63,377 bases of DNA from Patescibacteria group bacterium (GTDB lineage Bacteria > Patescibacteriota > Patescibacteriia > UBA9934), in NCBI GenBank assembly GCA_041666205.1, contig JBAYHI010000006.1:1-63377 (forward strand), read 5' to 3'. Positions 36,034 to 47,508 of this stretch are shown one piece after another. The translations under genes and the position numbers were made by a program. The notes beneath the pieces were generated by a model. The model made no database searches. It was not told the DNA's origin and worked only from the letters and a program-made list of their open reading frames with translations. Within the stretch, counting starts at the first letter, position 1; every line of letters starts with the position of its first letter.

Positions 36034-36663
36034 GTGAACGAAGTCCCCCTACATCGCAAGATCATGCGTCGCGCATTCGAACTACAACCGCATGCGCGTC
36101 GGATCATCACGATGCTCCGACGGAGCATCCGCGAAACCGGGCTCATCCCATCGTGGTATTTCGATGAGTTCGGGAAGATCTTCCCGCAGATCATGCTCTC
36201 GCTTGCAGTCCTCCACATCGACAACGGAGGAAGGATTCGAATCCTCCTCACGCGCCGACCTTTGGGCGACATCGATGCTGGGAAGCTCCACGTGCCCAGC
36301 ACCACCAAGCGCCCAAACGATCCCCTACCCGCCATGTGGCAACGTCTTCTTCGTGAAGATCTCTCAGCACTTCTCGTGAAGGAAGAACCACAATTCGCTT
36401 TCATCGACGAAGTGAATGCCGCGGAACGCAAGCGAGGCGACGCCATCTACCTCTTCCACATCGTCTACGCCTGGAGCGAAAAAATCTCCACCGGGGAATG
36501 GTTCGACATCCAGAACCTCCCCGCAGACGAGATCGTCCCCTATCACCTCAGGTTCCTGCAGAAGCTCTGCAAGTGGATCGACGTCCACTCCCGTGATCAG
36601 CAGGGCAGCTGGGAACCAGGCGATCTGCCCAGGGACACCACCCGCGGTGGTACGCACCACTAG
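36034..36663 (+). CDS. G+C-rich Nudix-like paralogue P3 (about 209 aa)
   Basis: GGAGG (36024-36028) lies 5 nt before the GTG at 36034. IPSWYF and ILLTRRPLGDIDAGKLHVPS align with LPEWYF and IFLIKRPADDP of P0. Confidence 0.5.
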   Translation: MNEVPLHRKIMRRAFELQPHARRIITMLRRSIRETGLIPSWYFDEFGKIFPQIMLSLAVLHIDNGGRIRILLTRRPLGDIDAGKLHVPSTTKRPNDPLPAMWQRLLREDLSALLVKEEPQFAFIDEVNAAERKRGDAIYLFHIVYAWSEKISTGEWFDIQNLPADEIVPYHLRFLQKLCKWIDVHSRDQQGSWEPGDLPRDTTRGGTHH

Positions 36664-36687
36664 CCCTCCCCATCGTTCCCCCTCCTC

Positions 36688-36720
36688 CGGAAGCCCACCC
36701 TAGGGCTTCCGCTCGTGTTT
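36688..36720 (+). terminator. terminator of P3, overlapping the last codons of uvrC
   Basis: cggaagccc-acccta-gggcttccg followed by ctcgtgtttt. The uvrC stop (36700-36702) sits in the loop. Confidence 0.5.
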
Positions 36721-38022
36721 TAACCCAAATTTTTTTGAACGCAATAATCGGTGATACGAAATCGCAAATCGGTGCGCTCCGTTGCGAGCTCGCTGAAAAA
36801 TTTCTTTTCCACGCTCGGCAATTTCTAAAATTTCCCGATTTGATTTATCAAAAACCAGTCGATCTTGTTTGCGGTCAAATCCTTTTGCAATTCCAATCAC
36901 GGGAATATCAAGCGCAAATTCTCGCAGCACTCGCTCTACACGATTCACTTGCCCCTCCCCACCATCGATCACCATGAGGACCGGCAATGCCCATGCTTGT
37001 TTTGCGTAGACCGCACGCGAAAGACGTCGACGAAGGACTTCTTCGAGCATGCCAACGTCGTCGGATCCCACAACGGTTTGAATGCGGAATTTTCGATATT
37101 CATTTTTAAATGGCCGACCATTTTGAAACACGACCATTGATCCGACTGCCGAGGTGCCGGAAATATTGCTGATATCGTAGGCCTCAATGCGTCCCATCAA
37201 ATCGAGTGAACTTTTTGGTTGTGGCGCAAACGGTAATTCCAAATCTTCTTTGGTGATGAACGCCACGTCGTGCACATGCTCAAACGCAAAAATCATATCG
37301 CGATAATTTGCCGCGCGTTCGAATTGCTTTTTCTGTGATGCGTCTTGCATCTCTTTTTTCAAATGGCGGATAAGCGTTTGCGTGTGCCCTGAAAAAAACC
37401 ACATCAAACGTCGAATCGATTTTTTGTATTCCGATTTTGTAATCTCGCCAGTGCACGCGCCCGGGCAGAGTCCAATCTGACGGTAAAAACACGGGCGACC
37501 TTGGCCCGGCACGCAGGTGCTCCACGGAATCATGCGGCGCAAAAACTGTAAGGTTCGACGCAAAGCCAGCCCGCTTGTATACGGCCCATAGACGGCCAGA
37601 TATTTTTTCTTGGTTTCTTGCGACAGCACGCGATCAAACGGTTTAATGCCCTCGGCTTCCAGATCTTTTCCACGCACAACGACTGGTTTTGGATACGTTT
37701 CATTTGTGATCACAAGATATTGGAAACTCTTATCGTCTTTTTCCAAAATATTGTACGCAGGCATGTGCGCCTTAATTTGATTTGCCTCAAGCACAAGCGC
37801 CTCGAGCACGGTTTCGGTTTCAATGTAATCAATCCGACGAATCTTTGAGACAAGTTCGGTGAGGCGCGCATTATGCGCTTTGGCAAAATACGATCCCACG
37901 CGTCGCACAAGCGATGTGGCCTTGCCGATATACAAAATCGTGCCAGTGGCGTCTTTGAAAAAATATACGCCTGGGCAATCTGGTAATTCTTTATTTTTGA
38001 TTTTGATTTCGGCGGGAATCAT
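36700..38022 (-). CDS. uvrC: excinuclease ABC subunit C, short form without the C-terminal (HhH)2 domain
   Basis: GIY-YIG (GVYFFKDATGTILYIGKA), a Cys cluster, a UVR domain (FERAANYRD) and the endonuclease domain (IEAYDISNISG, IDGGEGQ). 440 aa against about 610 in E. coli. Confidence 0.85.
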   Translation of the reverse strand: MIPAEIKIKNKELPDCPGVYFFKDATGTILYIGKATSLVRRVGSYFAKAHNARLTELVSKIRRIDYIETETVLEALVLEANQIKAHMPAYNILEKDDKSFQYLVITNETYPKPVVVRGKDLEAEGIKPFDRVLSQETKKKYLAVYGPYTSGLALRRTLQFLRRMIPWSTCVPGQGRPCFYRQIGLCPGACTGEITKSEYKKSIRRLMWFFSGHTQTLIRHLKKEMQDASQKKQFERAANYRDMIFAFEHVHDVAFITKEDLELPFAPQPKSSLDLMGRIEAYDISNISGTSAVGSMVVFQNGRPFKNEYRKFRIQTVVGSDDVGMLEEVLRRRLSRAVYAKQAWALPVLMVIDGGEGQVNRVERVLREFALDIPVIGIAKGFDRKQDRLVFDKSNREILEIAERGKEIFQRARNGAHRFAISYHRLLRSKKFGLKHERKP

Positions 38023-38023
38023 A

Positions 38024-40534
38024 TTAGAGCATGCGCTTCAAATAGTGGCCCGTGTGACTTCCTTTTTTGCGCGCCACTTCTTCTGGCGTCCCGATTGCCA
38101 CAACTTCCCCGCCTCCGTCGCCACCATCAGGTCCAAGATCAATAATCCAATCCGCCGTTTTGATGACGTCGAGGTTGTGTTCGATCACGATGACCGAATT
38201 TCCTTTTTCCACAAGACGATGTAAAACGCCAAGCAATTGTTTCACATCTTCAAAGTGAAGTCCGGTTGTTGGTTCGTCGAGGATGTAGAGTGTGCGACCG
38301 GTTTGGCGTTTAGACAGTTCGGATGCGAGTTTTACACGTTGTGCTTCCCCGCCAGAGAGCGTTGGCGCTGGCTGGCCGAGTTTCAAGTAGCCAAGCCCTA
38401 CATCGTTTAGCGTATGCAATTTATCGTAAACCATTGGAACGTCTTTGAAGAATTCCGCTGCTTCTTCAATGGTGAGCTCCAAAACCTCGTGCACATTTTT
38501 TCCGTTCCAGAGTACTTCGAGCGTTTCTCGACTGAAGCGTTTGCCTTTGCACACATCACACGGCACATAAACCGTTGGCAAAAAGTGCATTTCAATGGCA
38601 AGTTCGCCATGGCCTTCACAGTGTTCACATCGTCCGCCTGGACGGTTGAAGCTGAATCGACCAGATTTATATCCGCGGAATCGTGCCTCCTCGGTTGCGG
38701 CGAATAATTCGCGAATCGGTCCCCAGGCGCCCGTATAGGTTGCTGGATTGCTACGAGACGATCGGCCAATCGCGGATTGGTCCATGAGAATCACCTTATC
38801 GAGATATTCAGTTCCCAAAAGCAAATCGTGCTCGCCTGGTTTTGCTTTCGTCGCATAGAGTTTCTTGGCCAGCGCGCCGTACAAAACGTCCAACACCAAA
38901 CTCGATTTCCCAGAACCGGAAACGCCGGTCACACATACAAATCGTCGAAGCGGAATTTCCACATCGATATTTTTGAGATTGTGCGCGCGAGCACCTTTGA
39001 TCTTGAGGGTATCCGGTCCAATTTTGCGACGCTTTTTTGGTACCTCAATTTTAAGGTCGCCTCGCAAGTACGCAGCGGTTTTTGAATTCTTATTCTGGAA
39101 AATATCGGGCGTAGCTCCTTCTGCAACCACATGCCCACCATGCACACCAGCGCCCGGACCAATCTCGAGCATATAATCCGATCGGCGAATTGTATCTTCA
39201 TCGTGCTCGACAACGATCACGGTATTGCCAAGATCGCGCAGACCTTCGAGCGTGCGAATGAGCTGTTCATTATCTTTTTGGTGAAGGCCAATCGTTGGCT
39301 CATCGAGCACGTAGAGCGCCCCCACTAATCGCGAACCGATTTGCGAAGCCAAACGAATGCGTTGCGCTTCTCCACCCGAGAGTGAACCGGCATGACGATC
39401 GAGTGTCAAATAGTGGAGGCCAACGTCGAGCATGAAGGTGAGGCGATTTTCAATTTCTTTGAGAACCGTTGAGGCGATTTCTTTTTCGCGATCGCTGAGT
39501 TCAAGTTCTAGCAAAAACTCCGCAGCATTTGTAATCGTGAGATGCACGACATCGACAATATTTTTCCCGCCAATGCGCACGCTCAAGGCCTCAGGGCGCA
39601 AGCGCACACCATGACACGTTTCACACTCGTCTTCCGAGAATAAATCTTTTGTGCCAAGTCCATCGCATGCGGGACATGCGCCGTAAGGCGAATTGAATGA
39701 AAAAAGGCGTGGCTCAATTTCGGGGAACGAAAATCCACAAGCCGTACAGCTATATTTGGTGGAAAACGTTTGCTCAACGCCATCAGAAAACACAATCGTG
39801 ACCACGTCTTCGCCAATGCGAATAGCTTGTTCAATGGCTTCACTCAAACGCTCGCGCTGTTCTTTGGTTGGCGTCTGGAGCATGGCAGCTGGAATGCGGT
39901 CCATCACAATTTCGATGGTGTGCTGTTGATAGCGTGACAAACTCACGCGCTCGGAGAGTTTCCACATTTTTCCGTCAATGCGCACTTGATTGAATCCGCG
40001 ATTATAAAAATCGTACAAAAGTTGATAGTAATCCCCTTTGCGTCCACGCACCGCAGGAGCCAAAACCGCAACCGTTGCATCGAGGCGGAGTTTCTTTTTT
40101 TGATCGTGCGCTAATACAAAGTCCACGATTTCATCCACCGTGAGCTTTTCGATTTTGGAATCGCACTTAGGACAAAATGGCACGCCAATGCGAGCATACA
40201 AAACACGCAAATAATCATAAATCTCCGTGACCGTTGCCACGGTTGAACGCGGATTTCGACTATGTGCTTTTTGGTCAATCGAAATTGCAGGCGAGAGCCC
40301 TTCGATTTCGTCGACATCAGGTTTTTGCATTTGCCCCAAGAATTGTCGAGCATATGCCGACAAAGATTCAATATAGCGTCGCTGCCCTTCGGCAAAGATT
40401 GTGTCAAACGCCAACGAAGATTTGCCCGATCCCGAAAGGCCGGTGAAGCAAATGAGTTTATTGCGAGGCAAGGTGACGTTGATATTTTTGAGATTGTGCT
40501 CTCGTGCCCCGCGAATGATGATTTCGTTTTGCAT
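38024..40534 (-). CDS. uvrA: excinuclease ABC subunit A, reduced form
   Basis: Two ABC ATPase modules ([30 protein letters not shown] twice) and Zn modules. Start trimmed to MQNEIIIRG (40534). Confidence 0.9.
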   Translation of the reverse strand: MQNEIIIRGAREHNLKNINVTLPRNKLICFTGLSGSGKSSLAFDTIFAEGQRRYIESLSAYARQFLGQMQKPDVDEIEGLSPAISIDQKAHSRNPRSTVATVTEIYDYLRVLYARIGVPFCPKCDSKIEKLTVDEIVDFVLAHDQKKKLRLDATVAVLAPAVRGRKGDYYQLLYDFYNRGFNQVRIDGKMWKLSERVSLSRYQQHTIEIVMDRIPAAMLQTPTKEQRERLSEAIEQAIRIGEDVVTIVFSDGVEQTFSTKYSCTACGFSFPEIEPRLFSFNSPYGACPACDGLGTKDLFSEDECETCHGVRLRPEALSVRIGGKNIVDVVHLTITNAAEFLLELELSDREKEIASTVLKEIENRLTFMLDVGLHYLTLDRHAGSLSGGEAQRIRLASQIGSRLVGALYVLDEPTIGLHQKDNEQLIRTLEGLRDLGNTVIVVEHDEDTIRRSDYMLEIGPGAGVHGGHVVAEGATPDIFQNKNSKTAAYLRGDLKIEVPKKRRKIGPDTLKIKGARAHNLKNIDVEIPLRRFVCVTGVSGSGKSSLVLDVLYGALAKKLYATKAKPGEHDLLLGTEYLDKVILMDQSAIGRSSRSNPATYTGAWGPIRELFAATEEARFRGYKSGRFSFNRPGGRCEHCEGHGELAIEMHFLPTVYVPCDVCKGKRFSRETLEVLWNGKNVHEVLELTIEEAAEFFKDVPMVYDKLHTLNDVGLGYLKLGQPAPTLSGGEAQRVKLASELSKRQTGRTLYILDEPTTGLHFEDVKQLLGVLHRLVEKGNSVIVIEHNLDVIKTADWIIDLGPDGGDGGGEVVAIGTPEEVARKKGSHTGHYLKRML

Positions 40535-40535
40535 A

Positions 40536-42563
<2,028 letters not shown>

Positions 42564-42665
42564 ATAATAAATTTCCCACAATACGCCTATCACTAGGGGG
42601 TGGGATCTAAGTCAGGACTCCATGATAATACCCGAACAAGGGCCGAACGGTCAAATATTATAAAT

Positions 42666-42689
42666 GGACGTTGCACGCAACGTCCCTAC
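42666..42689. repeat. class-1 REP palindrome
   Basis: GGACGTTGCACGCAACGTCCCTAC. The 27-mer aatggacgttgcacgcaacgtccctac is identical to 47766-47792. Confidence 0.8.
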
Positions 42690-42719
42690 TTGCAAAGAAT
42701 TGCGTCTTTCCGCTAGAAT
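42690..42719 (+). promoter_or_regulatory. promoter of G+C-rich unit D
   Basis: TTGCAA, 18 nt, TAGAAT. Confidence 0.45.
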
Positions 42720-42844
42720 ATTGGCGCGTTGATAAGTGCTTATTCACGATGGTGACAAGATCACCTCTCTCCTCTCCGGAAACGAGTTGCCGCCCCGGCA
42801 GGTGGCTCCTCCTCGCTACCGAGTAGCGAGTCTAAGGAGACATC

Positions 42845-43036
42845 GTGAACGTACACTTTGGCGCCGGGGGACTCGCCCCTTGCACAGCTCACAAAAAGTT
42901 CTACTGCCCTGGTCGCTTCCCGCACTGGGGATGGAAGCCTCGCGCTCGTCGGCAACGCCACGCGCACCCGAAACGCCATCTTCCCTCGGGATTCGTGATC
43001 AGCAAAACCGTCATCCAGGACGGGGCATGGAACTGA
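42845..43036 (+). CDS. 63-aa basic peptide candidate
   Basis: AAGGAG lies 5 nt before the GTG at 42845. Sequence MNVHFGAGGLAPCTAHKKFYCPGRFPHWGWKPRARRQRH... No recognisable family; it could be chance in GC-rich DNA. Confidence 0.3.
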   Translation: MNVHFGAGGLAPCTAHKKFYCPGRFPHWGWKPRARRQRHAHPKRHLPSGFVISKTVIQDGAWN

Positions 43037-43050
43037 GCATCAACGCACTA

Positions 43051-43085
43051 GCCACCTTGTTTCCGGCAAGGTGGCCTCTTTTTTT
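43051..43085 (+). terminator. intrinsic terminator of unit D
   Basis: gccaccttg-tttccgg-caaggtggc followed by CTCTTTTTTT. A T-run is present only on the plus strand. Confidence 0.7.
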
Positions 43086-43557
43086 ATGAAGCAAATCGTC
43101 GTCGAATGATTTGTGCCACGTCGTCGGGCACCTTGTCGCGCCATTTCTCATCGCCCGCTTCAATCCATTTTCGAATCTCGTGTGTATCGATGCCTGGCAC
43201 AGGCACAATCTTTTTTGTCGCCACGTGATTTTCCTCGCAAATCTTTCGCACCGCTTCGTTGCCACTCCATACCACTGCATCGGCCGGGCGACCTGCGGCT
43301 TCCAAAATGCGATCCACCCATTGGGCATCGGTGGACATATCTTCAACCACCACAATATCGGCGTCCAGAATATCCTCGGCGAGTAATGCAGAAGAAATCA
43401 TTTCACGCACTTCTTCTTCGGTGAACACATGTTTTATTTTCGGATCACGGCAAATGGGAATGATCACGCGATTGCCGGTTTTTACCATTCCTTGCACAAC
43501 AAGCAAATGCCCGTTGTGGAATGGTTCAAAGCGTCCTGGAAAAATTGCAACTGACAT
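43084..43557 (-). CDS. nadM: archaeal-type nicotinamide-nucleotide adenylyltransferase-like cytidylyltransferase
   Basis: FPGRFEPFHNGHL (HxGH) motif. Start trimmed to MSVAIF (43557). Symbol is tentative. Confidence 0.6.
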   Translation of the reverse strand: MSVAIFPGRFEPFHNGHLLVVQGMVKTGNRVIIPICRDPKIKHVFTEEEVREMISSALLAEDILDADIVVVEDMSTDAQWVDRILEAAGRPADAVVWSGNEAVRKICEENHVATKKIVPVPGIDTHEIRKWIEAGDEKWRDKVPDDVAQIIRRRFAS

Positions 43558-43567
43558 AGTGGAAACA

Positions 43568-44482
43568 TTATACAATAAAACCGCTCGCCAAGTTTTCCTC
43601 AAACCCAATCGGGCGGGCAAAATGATATTTTCGCTGCAAAAGTTCAATGGGTGGAATATTGATGTGCCCCAGTGAAATCGTTCCCAATCGTTCTTGATCG
43701 CAAAATGCTAAGTAAGGAATTTGCTCTGGCTCAATATCCATCATTGCGCTCCCAATCGCATCAACAGCAACCGGGTCCATGCCCGCAAGCACCGCGTCAA
43801 ATGCGAGTGGCGTGCCATCAAGTGGGCCATCACCTTCCATTGCGTCGATTCCATCAATAATCCCCACGTCACACGGACACTGACGCCAGAGTTCCATAAA
43901 CGACCGATGTGCGGATGCCATGCCATCAGAAAGCCATGGCGAGCGCGCGTATACGAGCCCGCGCGGACTCACACGAGGCGGGACAATCCACGTGCCCAAC
44001 ACCCAATTGAGGACCGTGAGTGCCACCCCATATTCGCGATGGATTTTCATGGGTGCAAGCGAGATGCGCAAATCGGCTTGAGACGCCATGCGCGAACGAT
44101 GAATCGGGATCACAGAACCATCAGCGCGCAAAACACTTCCCTCCACAAACTCATCGGCATTCAAATCCACAAGCGAGGTATGCGGATATTCTTCCACCAA
44201 TCGGTCAAAGCCAAAATTTCGAAACGCTGCAACCGTCCCGGTAAATCCCCCGTCGCCCACCATCACCTCGGGTCGAGCATGCAAAAAAATGACGTCCAGG
44301 AGTCCACGCACCGCATCGACATGGGTGGAAGCAAGCTGACGTTCGTGATGTGACAAATCAACTTTCACAAAAACGCTTCTGGCATTTTTGAGACGATCAA
44401 AAAATGGGTCGCCCAATGATTCGACCGCCTTTGAGACAAGTCGTCGTCGATCCTCTCCGCTTTGAAGTACTACGGGAATCAT
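43568..44482 (-). CDS. DUF362-like protein
   Basis: 304-aa ORF with FVKVDLS...THVDAVRGLLD...GDGGF, a pattern typical of DUF362. From memory only. Confidence 0.5.
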   Translation of the reverse strand: MIPVVLQSGEDRRRLVSKAVESLGDPFFDRLKNARSVFVKVDLSHHERQLASTHVDAVRGLLDVIFLHARPEVMVGDGGFTGTVAAFRNFGFDRLVEEYPHTSLVDLNADEFVEGSVLRADGSVIPIHRSRMASQADLRISLAPMKIHREYGVALTVLNWVLGTWIVPPRVSPRGLVYARSPWLSDGMASAHRSFMELWRQCPCDVGIIDGIDAMEGDGPLDGTPLAFDAVLAGMDPVAVDAIGSAMMDIEPEQIPYLAFCDQERLGTISLGHINIPPIELLQRKYHFARPIGFEENLASGFIV

Positions 44483-44521
44483 GCGGGTATTCTATCATGG
44501 GTTTTTGGTTTGGGAAGACCC

Positions 44522-46336
44522 CTATTTTTCGTACCCTCCGGCCTGGATTTCCCAGTACTGTTTGTAGAGTGCATTGCTCGTGAGGAGTTGTGCATGTGTG
44601 CCACTCGCAACAACGCGTCCTTTGTCCATCACAAGAATCTGATCAGCCTCCATAATCGTCGAGAGTCGGTGCGCAATCACAAGCGACGTTCGGCCCTTCA
44701 TGACTTCTTTGAGTGCACCCTGAAGCAAATGCTCTGTTTTTGAATCAAGCGCACTTGTTGCTTCGTCGAGCACAAGGATTGGAGGATTGGCGAGCAATAC
44801 GCGGGCCAAGGCAATGCGCTGTTTTTCTCCGCCAGAGAGTTTTACGCCGCGCTCGCCCACCACGGTGTGATAGCCCTTCTTGAGTTTGGAGATAAATTCA
44901 TGCGCTTGCGCACGCTTTGCAGCCTCCACAACTTCTTTTTCCGAGGCACTCGGTTTTGCCAAGCGGATATTTTGCAAAATAGAATCGTGGAAGAGCAAAT
45001 TTTCTTGCATCACGAGTCCGACATTCTTGCGCAAATTATCAAGCGATAGCTCACGAATCGGAACACCGTCGATGGTGATTTCCCCTTCCCAGGGATCGTA
45101 GAATCGCAGAAGCATTTGTGCCAAGGTTGATTTTCCTGATCCCGATGCACCAACAATCGCATAGGTTTGCCCGTCAGGAATGGTGAATGACACATCACGC
45201 AGAATCGGTACGCCCTTGAGATAGCCAAACGATAAATCATTGAATTCCACTCGCCCAATAACGGATTTCAGCCGAGTTGGTTTTTCAGGATCTTGAATGA
45301 GCGGAATCTTTTCCCAATCATCGAGCACGCGATTCAAATTAGAAAACGCACGCGAAATTTCTGGGAAGGAGCTCGAAAGTCGCGCAACAGATGAAAAAAG
45401 AAAATTGGTGAATCCCAAAAACATCACAAGCGTTCCAACCGTCGCCTCTCCTTTTAGGACCAAGTAGGATCCCAAAATAAAAATAACAAGGCGACCCAAA
45501 ATAAACGTGCTCCCGTATCCGGTTTCCACCAAGGACCATCGACGACTGACGCCCATTTGATTGCGAAGCGCCTGACGATAGAGCGCCGCAAACTTCGCAA
45601 TTTCCTTTCGCTCAAGCACGAAATTTTTTATGCTCGCAATATTTGCAAATACGTCGCCAACTCGCCCATAAATTTTTTCCCAAAACTTTGAAACCTTATC
45701 TTGCTGCTCAGCATTGGCGCGCAAATTGAGGATTGCTAAACCAATCACGATTGGCATTGGGATGAAAGAAACGAGCGCGAGTTGCCAATTAATATAAAAT
45801 CCTACGGATAAAGCAAGCAAAAATCGCATGCCCTCAATAAAATACGTACCGATGATGGCATATTGGATATGCCAAAGCCCATCCCAGGCATTATCCATGC
45901 GTCGAAACATCGAACCAGATCGTTGAGAACGAAATCGAGAGATATCAAGCTCGAGCAACTTTGCGTACAGCGATTGAACAAATGTCCCAGAAACGCGATG
46001 AGAGAAAAACCAAGAATAATAATTATAAAGCGCCGCAAGGCTCGTTTCTCCAATCACGATTCCACCCCAAATAATAAGGAACGGGATGACTTGCGCAAAT
46101 CCGGTTTTAAGAGTCAGCCCCTGCCCCACGGCATTGAGAACTGTGTCGATAATCGAGCCATAAAGATATGGTTCGGAAACCGCAAACGCGGCAAGAATAA
46201 ATGCACCAATAAAAAACAATGGCAAAAATTTCCATGAGGGTTTCATGGATGGCCAAACCATCGCAAGAATTCTGCGATAGGGAATTTTCTTCCTCCGTTT
46301 TTGCACGAAGGAATTATAGCATAATTTCTCGCGCAA
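44522..46336 (-). CDS. ABC exporter, fused permease and ATPase (MsbA/type I exporter-like)
   Basis: Six N-terminal TM helices, Walker A GASGSGKST, signature LSGGEKQR, Walker B ILVLDEATS. Alternative start at 46261. Confidence 0.85.
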   Translation of the reverse strand: MREKLCYNSFVQKRRKKIPYRRILAMVWPSMKPSWKFLPLFFIGAFILAAFAVSEPYLYGSIIDTVLNAVGQGLTLKTGFAQVIPFLIIWGGIVIGETSLAALYNYYSWFFSHRVSGTFVQSLYAKLLELDISRFRSQRSGSMFRRMDNAWDGLWHIQYAIIGTYFIEGMRFLLALSVGFYINWQLALVSFIPMPIVIGLAILNLRANAEQQDKVSKFWEKIYGRVGDVFANIASIKNFVLERKEIAKFAALYRQALRNQMGVSRRWSLVETGYGSTFILGRLVIFILGSYLVLKGEATVGTLVMFLGFTNFLFSSVARLSSSFPEISRAFSNLNRVLDDWEKIPLIQDPEKPTRLKSVIGRVEFNDLSFGYLKGVPILRDVSFTIPDGQTYAIVGASGSGKSTLAQMLLRFYDPWEGEITIDGVPIRELSLDNLRKNVGLVMQENLLFHDSILQNIRLAKPSASEKEVVEAAKRAQAHEFISKLKKGYHTVVGERGVKLSGGEKQRIALARVLLANPPILVLDEATSALDSKTEHLLQGALKEVMKGRTSLVIAHRLSTIMEADQILVMDKGRVVASGTHAQLLTSNALYKQYWEIQAGGYEK

Positions 46337-46391
46337 AATAAAAAATCACGAACGGGTGTTCATGATTTTTTTTGGTTCCCGGACAGGGATT

Positions 46392-46691
46392 CTACTTATT
46401 TTTTCTCATCTGTTTTCTGAGTTGATGCAAGGATAGCGCAGCATAATAAACGATGAGGCCAAGGGATACGTAAAGAAAAATCGTATTAAGAATAACCGGC
46501 ACGCTTAGTGTTGGCAAAGGATTCCCCATGTAAACGGCGAGGATGACAAGCGACGGCGTCATGTAGCTTAAAAGAATAACTTGGGCAAAATAACTATGCG
46601 GTGCCGCAACGAAAATAAAAGGTTCTATAAAGATAACCATACCCAGGACAACCGTAAAGAGCATGAGATAATCTTTTTTTCGTAGAAACAT
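46392..46691 (-). CDS. small three-TM membrane protein
   Basis: 99-aa hydrophobic ORF. Confidence 0.4.
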   Translation of the reverse strand: MFLRKKDYLMLFTVVLGMVIFIEPFIFVAAPHSYFAQVILLSYMTPSLVILAVYMGNPLPTLSVPVILNTIFLYVSLGLIVYYAALSLHQLRKQMRKNK

Positions 46692-46739
46692 AGTGAGGAG
46701 ATTACAGCAGATCTGAACGACGGATATCAGCCGAGGGGA

Positions 46740-47159
46740 TCAATCGAGAATCCGCCAATCAGGATATTGCGAATGCACCCAGGCGTTTCCTTTTTCGCCT
46801 GTTTCGCGCGTTGTAATGAATGTCATATCAATAATCCTCAAGAAGAAAAATACCCCAATCATCGAGAAAATAAATACAATCACAAATCCCGAAGAACACC
46901 GTTTCCTCCATCGGACAATCAGTGTTGCAATAAACATAATCATCCCTTCAACAGCAAGAACCATGAGTGTTCCCATAGCAATCCCGGCTACTGCTCCAGA
47001 GGTGCCTTGCCCAAACCCATAGACCAACCCAGCAAATATTCCTAGAAGAATCGGCCAAACAAGGCACCAATTCATCGGATATTTCTTTTTAATCGCGATA
47101 AATAGGTGAATAAAAAAAGCGACGATGGGTGAAAAAATGAAAAGCGATAGATATTCCAT
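46740..47159 (-). CDS. small four-TM membrane protein
   Basis: 139-aa hydrophobic ORF. Confidence 0.4.
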   Translation of the reverse strand: MEYLSLFIFSPIVAFFIHLFIAIKKKYPMNWCLVWPILLGIFAGLVYGFGQGTSGAVAGIAMGTLMVLAVEGMIMFIATLIVRWRKRCSSGFVIVFIFSMIGVFFFLRIIDMTFITTRETGEKGNAWVHSQYPDWRILD

Positions 47160-47235
47160 AATTTCATTTTTACATTTTGATTAATCTGCTGGATATTATT
47201 GCTCAAATCGAACAAAATGAACAGATCGTATTTCA

Positions 47236-47264
47236 TTGACAATCCCCTCTTTTTACGTTATGAT
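47236..47264 (+). promoter_or_regulatory. promoter of tRNA-Gln
   Basis: TTGACA, 17 nt, TATGAT; sits 14 nt upstream of the tRNA. Confidence 0.6.
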
Positions 47265-47278
47265 TCCGCCACATTTAT

Positions 47279-47352
47279 TCCCGGATCGTCTAAGGGCAGG
47301 ACATCAGTCTCTGGCACTGAGAATCGGGGTTCGAATCCCTGTCCGGGAACCA
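47279..47352 (+). tRNA. tRNA-Gln (anticodon CTG), CCA encoded
   Basis: Hand fold: acceptor TCCCGGA/TCCGGGA (U1-A72), D stem GTCT/GGAC, anticodon stem TCAGT/ACTGA with loop CTCTGGC, T arm CGGGG-TTCGAAT-CCCTG, then A-CCA. Confidence 0.85.
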
Positions 47353-47396
47353 TCCCTCGTCGCTCAACGTTGTTGAGCTATGAGGGATTGTTTTGT
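47352..47396 (+). terminator. long hairpin terminator after tRNA-Gln
   Basis: atccctc...gctcaac-gtt-gttgagc...gagggat followed by TGTTTTG. Confidence 0.55.
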
Positions 47397-47445
47397 AATA
47401 GGGATTCGAACGGGTTGGAAGCGAGGCGCGAACGATGCATATCGC

Positions 47446-47472
47446 GTAGGGACGTTGCGTGCAACGTCCGTG
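47446..47472. repeat. class-1 REP palindrome upstream of RAYT-like gene 2
   Basis: GTAGGGACGTTGCGTGCAACGTCCGTG. Confidence 0.8.
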
Positions 47473-47508
47473 AAATCAACAGCGATCTTGAGGTAAAATG
47501 AAATCATT

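Larger units (their letters stand above)
42725..43085 (+). other. G+C-rich transcription unit D: structured RNA and/or mRNA for a 63-aa peptide
   Basis: Bounded by the promoter above and a strong plus-strand terminator. Local hairpins ggtgacaagatcacc, cgctaccgagtagcg, cgtcatccaggacgg. Confidence 0.4.

Noticed and set aside
42736-43089. 117-aa plus-strand ORF and 72-aa minus-strand ORF (42761-42979) in unit D.
   Set aside because: Neither has an SD. The 117-aa frame reads through the terminator hairpin and T-run. Composition (Arg/Pro/Ser-rich) is typical of non-coding frames in GC-rich DNA.
47401-47415. GGGATTCGAACGGG after tRNA-Gln, resembling a tRNA T-arm (possible second tRNA or tRNA fragment).
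   Set aside because: No complementary stem, acceptor or anticodon arm can be drawn around it. At most it is a decayed partial duplication of the tRNA 3' end.
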